From contig VJWM01000025.1 of NCBI GenBank assembly GCA_010909165.1, positions 806,001 through 870,000 on the forward strand: a stretch of DNA of 64,000 nucleotides. Reading direction: 5' to 3'. The notes under the pieces are model-generated. The model was not told the DNA's origin, made no database searches, and saw only the letters and a list, made by a program, of their open reading frames with translations. The DNA comes from Anthoceros angustus (Eukaryota > Plantae > Anthocerotophyta). Numbering within the stretch: position 1 is the first letter of the stretch; each line of letters opens with the position of its first letter. The position numbers and the translations under genes were made by a program. Below are positions 1-11,351 of the stretch, piece by piece.

Positions 1-972
1 ATTTGTTTAAGGTTTTTCCAATAATATAAAATCATATATGGATCTATGTACCCGAATATATCTTTGAAAGTTTAGGTCGCTCCAAAATCATTTCGTTTTT
101 AAACCTCACAAGTTTTATGGAAATATCTTAGGAGTTTCTCAAAGCTTCATATATGCATTCCGTGGCTACAAGAGCCCGCGCCGCTCATGCTTTAGAAAAG
201 ACACTCTGTTCAAGTTTTCGAATTGATCTTGCATCCAGTCGTTCTACATCATACGAACAACCTTTGCAATTGCCATGTATTTCTTTCTAGGTTGGGTTTA
301 ACCAATAGCCTCCTTGTCTTATATGTGGATTAATTCAAGATTTTATGCAGTTATGTGGAACGTAAAAGTTTGGTCACTTAGGATCTAGCGGGGAAGTGAT
401 AGGACGTAGGAATAGCTATGTTGATAAGGGTATTCTACAGGTAAGAAGCAGTGGTCACCAGTCGTCCAACCTAGCAGAATCACGATTCGAGTCGTCGTAG
501 GAAGTCGGTAGAAAGTTCTATAGGAAGTCGGCATGAGGACTCAGACTTAGAAACAAGAGAACCCAGTAGGATGTTTGACACTTAGTTTAGGAGAAGAAGG
601 GAGAAGGAGAGGGGGATGCGGAGGGGGGGGTGATGTTAGACTGATCAACGTACCAAGTCATGGTATGAATCGTTTATATAGGTAGGAAGTCCTTGGTCTT
701 TGGTAGGGAGTCATAATTAGGTAGGCTAGAAATTCTTGAACTTCGGGGGTCTAGTTAGATGCTCCTTGGTCCTTGGTCAAGAGAAAATATTGCTGTAAAA
801 AAGGGGAAAAGCATTTCGCTTGGCGCTGTCGCTTCACTTGAGACTTCTCTTCCCGACCTGATTCTGAATCCTCTAACTCAACTCGTGGCATCCATCTACC
901 AGACTAGATACACTCTAAACTAGATACCTAAGCTATGGTTAATCTTTCCTATAATCCTGACAGCAGTTTCAT

Positions 973-990
973 TCCCCGGCAACGGCGCCA
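973..990 (-). mobile_element. Primer-binding site complementary to the tRNA-Asp 3' end (Athila/Tat-type Ty3/gypsy)
   Basis: The minus strand reads TGGCGCCGTTGCCGGGGA, the complement of the plant tRNA-Asp 3' end including CCA. A possible LTR end (...TTCCACA) lies 3 nt upstream at 994. Confidence 0.75.
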
Positions 991-2465
991 AAATGTGGAA
1001 TGGGGTTTCTGCGTCCCGGAGGCGCAAAGAGGCCACATTACCCTCTATGTCGTTATAGTCCTAGGATTCGATCCCAAGGGAATGGTTTTGTGTCAAGATG
1101 TTCCAATCTACGGGTCCTAGACCTACCACAACCGATCTTTACCCTACCAAAAACAGCCACCGTGGAGATCCAAACCACCGCAGTAGTTGATTCAACCACC
1201 GTGGTGGTTTAGCCACCGTGGTGGTTACTTCCCCACGGTGGTTGCTTGGCTCTGCTGTTGTCACCGGCTCCGGGCGAGGTCTCTGAGAGTTATGGCTTTA
1301 CACACACACACACACCTAGACTCACACCTGGTCTAATTCTCTCACAGGGAAGTCCGTCCTCAGAACTTCCGGAAATTAGGCACCACGACCCCGAATACCG
1401 CGAAATCTCACTCTGGCGCCGACCCTCACTGACCTCGCCACTCGCTTCGCCCTTTTCTATCACCCGCGTTTTCTCAAATCGCACACGCATTTTCCCCGCC
1501 CTTCCCTACAGCGGCACGCTCACCCTCTTCTGCCAAGAACCTTTCCCCACACATGGATACCCCCTCTCTTCCCTTTCTCAGGCCACACAGACCTCACCCC
1601 GGGCCACACAGACCCCACTCCCTCATAGAATTAAACACGTTCTGATGGACAACTCCCTAGGAGGGGGACAGAGGAGGCACGGTTAGTACTTGGGCGATTC
1701 ACCCGCCGGCGTTCTCACCTCGACTTTCCGCAGCAACCTTTGCCCGTTCGGTAGCCGGGCGCCCCTCACCAATTCTTGTCCCAGCGTGGAGCTTGGCCAC
1801 TCGCTCTCGACCATCCAGGATCTTCCGGCCTTCTTGTGGCGAAAGCGATGTGCCGAACGTTGGTTTGATCGACGTCTCAATCAACCCCGCGAGGATTCGA
1901 TACGGAAGTTCACACGAAATCGTCTGAGAGACACTCAAAGGGTCTCTTATACATCTATGGTTGACTCACTTCTCTCCAGTGTCTAAAAATTGTAGCTCTA
2001 CCACGAGCACCCCTACCAATCCGAGCAACTCTGACTCTGCGAGCTCTCGAACACCTATCCCCTAACCCCAAAAACCCCGGACCTATGATGTCGCGGCTCG
2101 CCTAAAATCAAGCTGCGCCTCATGATTCTTTGCCTAGCCTCTGACCCATAGGGGTCCCTCTCGCTCGCCTCGATCCGGCGATTTTCCCCAAAACCTCCAC
2201 CTCACTCTCGCACTGCGGTTCCTCGTGCCTTCCATGCGCGCCTGTGGCCTCTACATCCGTTGTCCGCTCCTCCTCACGGCAGCCATACCATGTGCTCCTC
2301 CCTCCATGCTCGGCCTCGCCTCGCTCATCTCCTCCGGCACCACTTGCGGGGTAGGCGCTCCTATTCGAAGGAACAAGCAGTAGCGCCTGTGGCGGTCAAG
2401 ATGTCGACCGGTGGTTTACGCCCCTCTGTCCCAACAACCACATACACGTTTAGAGTGAGCACCGC

Positions 2466-4420
2466 TCACCATGCGGCGAAGCAGGACATGAGCATCCTCA
2501 TCCGCCTCCGCCACCTTGTTCTCGCCTTCGAGGTCCTTACCCTCTCCTCCCGTGGACAATCCTGGGCCGGCTGCTGCTGGGTTTCCAGGGGATCTGCCTC
2601 CCCATCTGCGGTACTCCTGTCGGTGGCTTCCCCCACCTCGGTTCCTCCTTCCGCGACGGTGGCCGGTTTAGCCACCGTGGTGGTTACTTCCCCCACGGTG
2701 GTTGCTTCGGCTCCTGCGCTGGCTGTTGCTCGGCCTTTCTTCGGTTTGGCCGCCTCTCTCTTGACTCTGGCCCTAGCTTCGTCTCTCTCTCGCTTGTATC
2801 TCATGACTTCTTGAATTTCTCAGGCGCCATTGTTTCCACTGCTCACTGGACTCATGAGACCTCATCTTGAAGCTCCTCAATTGTAGCATCGCCCCTTGAC
2901 TGATTCACTAAGGCCTCTGTTGGGTGGACATGGCCCTTGCACTCATGCCTTGCATAGGGCCGCCTCGCATTCCGTCTGCGCTCCTCGCCACCTTGTTCTC
3001 GCCTTCGGGCTCTCCAACTTTCCTTGAGCAACTTCTCCTGTCCCTGCACACTCGGCCGGTGAGAGCCATGGTCGCTGGTCGAGGAGATCGCTGCGTCGAG
3101 CCATGGCGAAGTCGGGCTGATTCCAATTAATGCCGTGCCCATTCCCCTCCACAACAATTCTCGCACGCGAGCGGTGTCACCTATCTCCACTTCAGCCGGA
3201 CGGGTCAGTGAAATGTCGCCAAAAATGTCCCGGAGCTCCGTCGCGGACTTGGCTGCCGAAACTAACCCCTCTTCTTCTAGGGGTTGGTTTGCCACTGCTT
3301 CCTCCTCCGCTCCAATCTCTCCTAGCGGCAGCGACTCCTCCCCTGCACCTGAGAGGGGGACAACTTGTCGTTTCCCTTTTATTTTCTCCTCCTTCACCCG
3401 CGTTCCTGCTGCCGATTTCGACCTGGTGACCCTAGGTGTAGCTGTGGGTTCCTCTTCTTCTCATGTCCTTCCCTTCTTGACCCGTTCGGTCGCCCTCGCT
3501 TCTTGCCCTTGAAACCTCCCACCTTCATCCAGATCTTCTAGGGAGGCGCATTCCCAAGCTGGAATCCTTCCGAATCCTCCTTACACTCCTCCTCCTCTAC
3601 CTTGGGTTCACGGCCGGTTTCCGGCTATGAAGGCGGAACCGACTTCAACTCCGTTAGACACGAATGCGAATACATGAATTAGAAAAGGTGAAATCAAGGA
3701 GGGCCGAGGGAAGGGAAACAATTCGCCTTCTCCTCACAGGCTCTTTCAAAGATCATCCTCCCCAATCGATTTGTGTACCTTAACCACCTCATGAAGAAAG
3801 ACCGAGTAGTGCGCCATATGATCCAACTTAGGTTGCGAAACACAAAATCCACTTGGCCAATCCCACCGGTGCAGACACGAGTTGGCGAGTCACCCATCCA
3901 TTGTTCACCCTCACTTCTCCAGCTTCATGGCGCGGCTGACTCGGGGTCTTCTTTCTGGGGTCAATTACCAAGCTTCCATCCTCGATGCTTCTCGCCCATG
4001 CTGCTCGAAAGAGCCCCAAATCCAGTTTTGCGGCCTCTTCCTCGCGCCTCTTGCGACACGGTTCTCAATTGCAGGCGCACTCTTGCACCAATCTTTGGTG
4101 TCGTAACACCATTTCTTCTCCATAAATTCGACCGGCTCACGCACGGTGCCGGCTCTCACCTTCCATGGTCCATGTTGGGCCCTTTGCGTGAGTGAGATTT
4201 CGGCGCTCGGGCGCCATCTCCCTTTCTCCTTGTTTCCCAAAAAAAACTCGACCCACTGCGAGTCGAGAAAAGGAACACCACCCTTGCGCTTCTTCCACTC
4301 CCCTTGTTGGCGCTCTTGCCTCGGCGCCTCTTTTCCTCCTTCACTGCCGCCTGGTTTCCTTCCTCCGCCGCCCGTTCGGCGTCCCCTCCGCTTCTTGCCC
4401 TTGAAACCTCCCACCTTCAT
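2466..4420 (-). pseudogene. Frameshifted retroelement accessory-type ORF (aromatic-rich N-terminal part, acidic/charged C-terminal part)
   Basis: Consecutive minus-strand ORF pieces (3965-4420, 3694-3897, 2852-3397, 2466-2804) read as protein-like; no recognisable domain. Confidence 0.35.
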
Positions 4421-5250
4421 CCGAATCTTCTAGGGAGGCGCATTCCCAAGCTGGAATCCTTCCGGAATCCTCCTTACACTCCTCCTCCTCTACCTTGAGT
4501 TCCACGGTTTCCGGCTATGAAGGCGGAACCGACTTCAACTCGTTAGACACGAATGCGCGAATACATGAATTAGAAAAGGTGAAATCAAGGAGGGCGAGGG
4601 AAGGGAAACAATTCGCCTCTCCTCACAGGCTCTTTCAAAGATCATCCTCCCCAATCGATTTGTGTACCTTAACCACCTCATGAAGAAAGACCGAGTAGTG
4701 CGCCATATGATCCAACTTAGGTTGCGAAACACAAAATCCACTTGGCCAATCCCACCGGTGCAGAACACGAGTTGGCGAGTCACCCATCCATTGTTCACCC
4801 TCACTTCTCCAGGCTTCATGGCGCGGCTGACTCGGGGTCTTCTTTCTCTGGGGGTCAATTACCAAGCTCCCATCCTCTGATGCTTCTCGCCCATACACTG
4901 CTCGAAAGAGCCCCAAATCCAGTTTTGCGGCCTCTTCCTCGCGTCGCCCTCTTGCGACCTGGTTCTCAATTGCCGGGCGCACTCTTGCACCAATGCTGGG
5001 CTGTCGTAACACCATTTCTTCTCCATAAATTCCAGACCCGGCTCACACGGCGCTCTCACCTTCCGATGGTCCATGTTGGGCCCTTTGCGTGAGTGAGATT
5101 TCGGCTGACTCGGGCGCCATCTCCCTTTCTCCTTGTTTCCCAAAGAAACTCGACCCACTGCGGGCGCGTCGAGAAAAGGAACACCACCCTTGCGCTTCCC
5201 CGCTCTTGCGCCTCTTTTCCTTCTTCGCCACTGGTTTCCTTCCTCCTCCG
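3497..5250. repeat. Tandem duplication, ~890 bp period
   Basis: CTTGCCCTTGAAACCTCCCACC near 3503 and 4395; identical peptide MYLNHLMKKDRVVRHMIQLRLRNTK at 3773 and 4662. Confidence 0.9.
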
Positions 5251-5766
5251 CCACTAGGGTTGTAAACTCCCACAGTGCATGCGTCCGTTCTTGACCACCG
5301 TGGTGGAACCAACGACTTGGTATTGAAAGCAGACTCGGCCCGAGCGTTGCATCGCGCCCCTCCGCTTCTTCCTCCTCGCTCCATCCACGGCAAATTCGCG
5401 ACCTCGCGGTCTTTGGGTGTGTCCTTCTCGATTGCGCTCCATTTGCGGCCCGCTCGCCACTAGGGTTGTAAACTCCCACAGTGCATGCGTCCGTTCTTGA
5501 CCGTGGTGGGCGGCCACCTCCCACTTGACTACTGTGTGGCATGTGTTCTAGCATATATAGACACCTTATATTCCAACAATCACCAAAACCCAAGGACTCT
5601 ATTTCCGACCTACCTGTCCGGGGTCCAAACCTAAGGTCCGAAAAAAAGAAAATTATTATTACCAAGGGCCAAGGACCATTCCCGTATAAAAGGCCTTACC
5701 CAGACGATTCTCAAAGCACTTTGCTATACAAACACACCCAAAACAAAAAAAATCGTTCATCCCGAC

Positions 5767-7262
5767 ACTTCAGAGAGGGGTTAGTGTACATGTGGTCTTC
5801 CACAAACACCAGGACAAAAATCGAAACCTGGTCATTATGCCAATGCATAGATTGAATTTCGTTTTGAACACCAAACGCATAGTTCTGACTGAAGCCCATG
5901 ACAGAGACGACAACATCAGTCGGGAACCACTCCAAGCACTGCCGAAATTGCAACCCTTGCCATTGCTGTACAAAATCGTGCAGGATGAACTCTTTCAATT
6001 TTTCTTTCGAATGCAGCACGAAATCAGCAGGATGAGTCTCCATGAAAACAAGCTTGATCCGCTTCTTCTCATGCCCATCATGGTCGGAACCAACGACTTG
6101 GTATTGAAAACGGCACCACCTCAGGACGGTATGAGGAAGCTTGTCATTTGATGTCTCGGCGGGACAGAAGCGAATTTGCCCCAGCCCACAGCGGCCACAA
6201 GTGCCTTGCAAACATGCGAGGTTGTGCCATCTAGCATTTGCCTCCTTCTCACACAAAGCATTTTTGCACATCATCCTTACAGATGCAACACATGTGTTGC
6301 CTGCACTACACTGTTGAACAAGCTCATCACCTTCTTGGGGAGCACATATCTCACACGCACAGTGACATTGTCCTATGGGATGCACACTTGAAAGACAACT
6401 GCGCATAGCATTGAAAGCGTCCTTGAGGAAGGCCATTTCCACATGATAACGGCAACAGCACAAGTTACGTTCCTGCAGGCTCTTCACAAAATACGGCTTC
6501 AATTTCTCAAAAGTTCGCTGCCCAATAGAAACGTCAGGGTGCTCTTCGCAGATTCGCAGGTAGTCTTTACATAGAGCTCCTTCAAATCGGTATCACCGAG
6601 AGGATGGCCAATATCAAAACATTCAACACACTTCCAATGACGGACACGAGGTCACTAAGTGATGCTAACTAAAATGGAACAACTCCATAACATCGCCAAA
6701 CCGTATATAGGTGATCACCATTCCATCATCCACAACACCAACACATCCACCACCTCACTAAGTGCTACAAACAGAGCAGCACCTACTCCATGACATCACC
6801 AATTCGTTCACCTAATAATTACCATGCCATCATCCACATCACCAACACAGTGGATGATTTGCGGGTCAAAAGTGTTTGGTCTGGTATATGTAGGTGCTTG
6901 GTGCCCTTTGTATTGGAGGAAGGTCGAGAGACGAGCTCCCAGAATTGCACAATGCTATTTTTCACATCATCCAGAATCATATCAGACCTAAGCTTCCTTA
7001 TGGACCCGCACCACATACCTTGGCCCCGATAATCCTTCTCACCCCGCAATTTCACCGCAGATCGGATCTGCTTGCGACTCACACCAATGTGCTTGGCCAG
7101 TGTCGCAATCAGATGGTCATCTAGACCCGGCGACAAAATGATATTCCAGAGCGTATTTCTGGCTCGCAAATGATCACCGACCTGAACATCCTTCAAATTC
7201 TTACATGTTGTGCTCATCTTCCTCATCAGGACAGTAAACAACTCTTCATCTTTCGCAGTCAA
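5767..7262 (-). pseudogene. DNA transposase remnant, Cys-rich, tentatively Sola2-like
   Basis: Motifs RKLRSD..VQFW..SRPSSN, IGQRTFEKLKPYFVK, C-C-C-YH and GFSQNY..VQNEIQSMHWHNDQVS (resembling D-F-[SA]-E-N-Y...QxEIQSxHW). Cut at 5767 by an LTR-like end and at 7262 by copia integrase. Confidence 0.6.
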
Positions 7263-10200
7263 GCGTTCAACATATGGATTTTGTGGTTAATGGTAAGGGA
7301 CAGTTAATTGAGGTACAATGCTCTTATGTTTGCAGAAATTAGTGAACTCTGCACTTAGGTATTCCTTGGCGTTATCACTACGCAGCCGTTTGAGAACATG
7401 TCATGTCTGTGCTTCAACCATAGCTATGTATTCAACAAACTTTGAAAAGGTCTGTTGGCGACTGTGAAGGAAATATAGCTGACAGTAGTGACTCCATTTA
7501 TCTAAGGAGAGAAAGTAAATTGCTTCGCCAAAAGAATGAGTGAATATATGTCCACATTTGTCCGAATGGACTACTTCCAACAGCTGAGTGGCCTTAGTTG
7601 GTGATGGATCATTGTAGGGCTTCTGATAAAGCTGACCAAATTGGCAGCTCTCACAGAAGAAAATTTCATCAGCTCTAAAGGTGAGACCATCCTTGTACAG
7701 GTCTGGATGTCTTAGAACGTGCTGTAAATATCCATGGTTGGGGTGACATAGCCTACTATGCCATAAGAGAGTGGAATTAACTCCTGGTTTTGCATATGAG
7801 ACATATGCTTACTTCTGATCAATCTGGTTGTTATCTGCAGTGATCTCCAGATTGTACAGGTCATGATAGGGAACACCAGTTGCAAGGATAAGTGAAGCCT
7901 CAGTAGCGGGAGTGATAATACAAGATGTAGGCATCAAGGTAATTTGCAACCCATGTTCTGATGTCAACTTGTGAACTGAAAGCAGATTTTTAGTCATCTT
8001 TGGAACATGTAGGACACCGTGTAGAGTAATATGGTGCCCATGGTTAAGTGTTAACCTTACATCTCCAGTCTTATTGATGGCAAGTCTACTTTTGTCCCCT
8101 AACAGGAAAAACTGACTTGGTTTGGTTGTGACATAGGTAATAAACATGTCACGAGATTGACAGATGTGATTTGTTGCTCCGGAGTCCAGGAACCACATGT
8201 GCTTTTCCGCTCTGGTAAGTGAGAGGCAAATTGCTAAGATAGATGGTGCTTTACTGTTGCTGTTCTGAGCGCAACATTAGTTTCTGCCTGCAACATTAGT
8301 TTCTGCAGCAGGACGCCTGGGCTCTCCTGCCTGTTTCTTCCTGCATTCATTTTCATAATGTCCTGGAATGTGGCACCAATTATATGGTCCCTTGACCCGC
8401 CGTTGTGTGGATGAATTTCTAGGTCAAGGATATGGACGACGTGGACCTGGATATGGCCTATATCCACCACGGCCTCTGCCTCTCCCTTGGAAGGTGTATA
8501 ACACATGTTGCTATGGATGAGAAGGAGAACGCCCTAAACTCATCCTGCTGGATTCTTCCTCCAGCAAAGCGCCTATAATTTCATATAAGGTAAATGCCGA
8601 GGCACCGCTTGATGAGGCGGCATTTCCTGAGTGTCTCTGAATAGATGCTTGGGAGCTCACAAAAGTTCTATAACTGGGAGGCAAAGAGGTTAGTAAAAGT
8701 GTTACTGCTGCCGATTCTGTGATATCTGCTCCTGCAGAGGATAACTTTGCACGCAGTGTGCGAAATCTGTTAATGTGATGTTCCACTGTATCAGATTCCT
8801 TCATCCAGAGATTGTAGAAGATACGAGTGGCATTAATTAGGGACATTTGGTCCTTGGCAGTAAACATATCCTTAAAAACTTTCCATACTTCTGCAGCTGT
8901 CACTTGTCCTTGTATATGATGTATTATGTTTTTATCAAGAGCTAACAGTACGATACTTCTAGCTCATTTATCTTTCTTGTTCCAAGCAACGATAACATTT
9001 GCTGTCATGGAACCTACTACAGGTGCAGGTGTTGGTATATTGGGCTTAGCTAGGGCACCCATTACGATGTCCATGAGGTCATGTTCCTCAAAAATAGCTT
9101 CCATTCACATATGCCAAATAGCATAATCAGTTCCATTAAACCTATCTCTATCTTTGATTTCTATTTTGGTAATGTTGATTTGTATTATAATAAAGGGATT
9201 GGGAGTATCCATGTTGAGATACTTGTCTAACCCTTTTCATGGTGTTCCTGTTTTAAGAAGTGTTTCAGGTTTGCTATGTGCTATGACCTGATAACTACTT
9301 TAGTACTATCCCTACAGGATAGAAATGTCTGGATCAAACAGGTTAGCAATACTAGTGAGCACCATATTGGTGGGTTCTGGTAATTGCAGGTGTTTGACAG
9401 TATCTAAACCCTTTGGTTCAAGAATAGGCTAGTAGGGTTTACAAGTCTGAATATATGAGACTACTAGATCACGGCATGAATAGACAGGTGCGTCTTTCTT
9501 GGATTCCGAGGATGAATATAGTAGAATGCTGTGAATTTCTCTATCAAGCAATTGGATTTTTTTCTCTAGCTGACCTATATGTTTTTGTAGTAGAATGTTT
9601 TCAACCTTTGCTTCACGTTGCAGTTCGCAGGCCTGTTCACCTAAGACTTGAATCTTGTAGTTGATGGGTACAAGAAGATTCTGGATAGGCTTACAGTAGG
9701 TCAGAAAGTATTCTGCCTATTTCTACACCAATTATTTTGGTTATTGGATGCTTGTGCAGGATGATAGGAGGTGTTGTAAGAAAGATTTCTACAGCATCTT
9801 GGAACACAATTTGATGTCTGAGGTAAAGAACATCTACAGACTTGTGTTTTATGAGCCCTTGTCATTTCCTTAGCCAGATCAGTTGGTTAGCACAAGCATC
9901 AACAAGTGTGAAGAAGCACGATGCTGGTTTTGAAGCATAATTACTGATTTTTGTGTCTCTTCCTGTGTGCACGCACAAGAAGGAGCACAAGTAACCAGCA
10001 GAGAGCCCCTCTTCATCTATGATAGGCCTGCTAGATAAGAAAATCGAAATTGCCTAAGATTTCCTTAGACATTGTTAGTCTCATGCTTGTTTGCAGGTGG
10101 TGAGCTGCAATTGGGCCTCGTTGTTCATCCATTGCGCATGGATGGAAAACAGGGTCCAATCGTTAGTTTCGCCATGTGTATACAAGCATTTGACAGAATT

Positions 10201-10379
10201 ATGGCTCTGATACCATAAAAAATTGTGGCACACGCTTGTGTCACGAGAGATTGCACACAAAAGAGTGAAGTGAACGATCTCGAAGGGAACAAGAGAAAAA
10301 GCCACGAAAGGTTGTAACTGTTTGATGAACTAGAAAGCTAAACTACGAAACCCTAACTTCGTGTCGTTTCACAATAACA
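7263..10379 (-). mobile_element. Ty1/copia element 1, 3'-truncated within integrase
   Basis: Putative LTR start TGTTATTG at 10379; PBS TGGTATCAGAGC at 10204-10215; gag (8511-8903); protease WFLDSGATNH (7809-8198); LWHSRLCHP GAG-pre-integrase; integrase LRSDNAKEY...PQNPYVER ending at ~7263. No RT. Confidence 0.85.
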
Positions 10380-10414
10380 ATTCGCATGGAACTTGAAACT
10401 AAGTTAGGGCTGCA

Positions 10415-11080
10415 TCATAATAACCTATTATTTAATACTGTAGATGAATCCCCCTTCTCCATCTGTCGGCCCATCTTTCCCTTCCTCTCCTTCTCTAGTG
10501 CCTGTTCAACTTCCTCCTGTCTCTTCTTGACATACTCCAGATCCCTCTTCATCTGTCGTTCAAAGGCTTTCTCAGATTCTTCATCGGATGATGAGTCTCC
10601 TTGGGAATCACTCTCCTCGCTCTCAAAAGATGAGGAAGAAGTCATGGAGGTGGAAGAAGAAGAAGAGGAGGAACTAGATCTCCTGGACCCCTTCCGCATT
10701 TTGTGATATCTCCTCTTTTTCCTCCTCTTCGCTTTCCTGAACCGTCATCTCCTTGTGTTTTTCCTTCCCGGGCAAATCTTCTTCTTCTTGCACTAATACC
10801 TCTATACTTTTCTCTAACAACTCCCTTTCGTCACCAGCAACTGCCACTGAAAATTGTGGTTCAAGTAGTGGTGGTTCTGTAACCATTTGTCTGGGCTCCT
10901 ATCGCATGGAGTTACATTAGAAGAAAGAGGCTTTGTCTTCGGAAGATGCTTTGTCAAACATCCAAAGAAAGATGCTTTGGTTGACAGTAAGCCATATTAG
11001 ATCAAGAGGTATTGGGTCGATCATCTTGACTTTTGTAAGTGACTGATAAGGTTAGAAACTTGGTGATGTCGAGGTTGGAT
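10415..11080 (-). pseudogene. Decayed acidic/Ser-rich coiled-coil ORF of unknown origin
   Basis: Overlapping ORF pieces 10674-10886 and 10415-10699 (EEEEKEE, SSSSSSSS, charged helix); stops upstream. Confidence 0.3.
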
Positions 11081-11351
11081 AGGGGTTGGGACTCCCAAAG
11101 AGAATGCATTAAACTATATAAGTTGAATCATAAAGCCCTAACACAATATTTCTAACTTCTTGTCGAAAGAAATATTTTTTAAGTAACTAAAACCCTTCTT
11201 GTTCAAATATCGGCTACATTAGTATAAGTGCATATGGGTAACTTAGCAATTATGTGTTCAAAAAGTTTCTTATTAAAATAATAAAAAATCAATTTTATCA
11301 TACATCAATATCATGGCAGTAGTCATGACAATTTTCATCTATAACATTTCT

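Larger units (their letters stand above)
400..5766. mobile_element. Nested or rearranged LTR-retroelement remnants (no gag-pol seen); boundaries unresolved
   Basis: PBS at 973-990; LTR-like segments with TATA-like motifs (~631-960, ~5540-5766); a TG/CA-type end (...CATCCCGACA, 5766) interrupts the neighbouring transposase; decayed accessory-type ORF at 2466-5250. Confidence 0.5.

Noticed and set aside
1-290. Harbinger-like transposase N-terminal remnant on the minus strand (FWSDLNFQRYIRVHRSIYDFI)
   Set aside because: Short, full of stops, and cut by the window edge; the resemblance is too weak to call.
10204-10215. Caulimovirid genome start (TGGTATCAGAGC)
   Set aside because: It is followed by copia gag, protease and integrase, not movement or coat protein genes.
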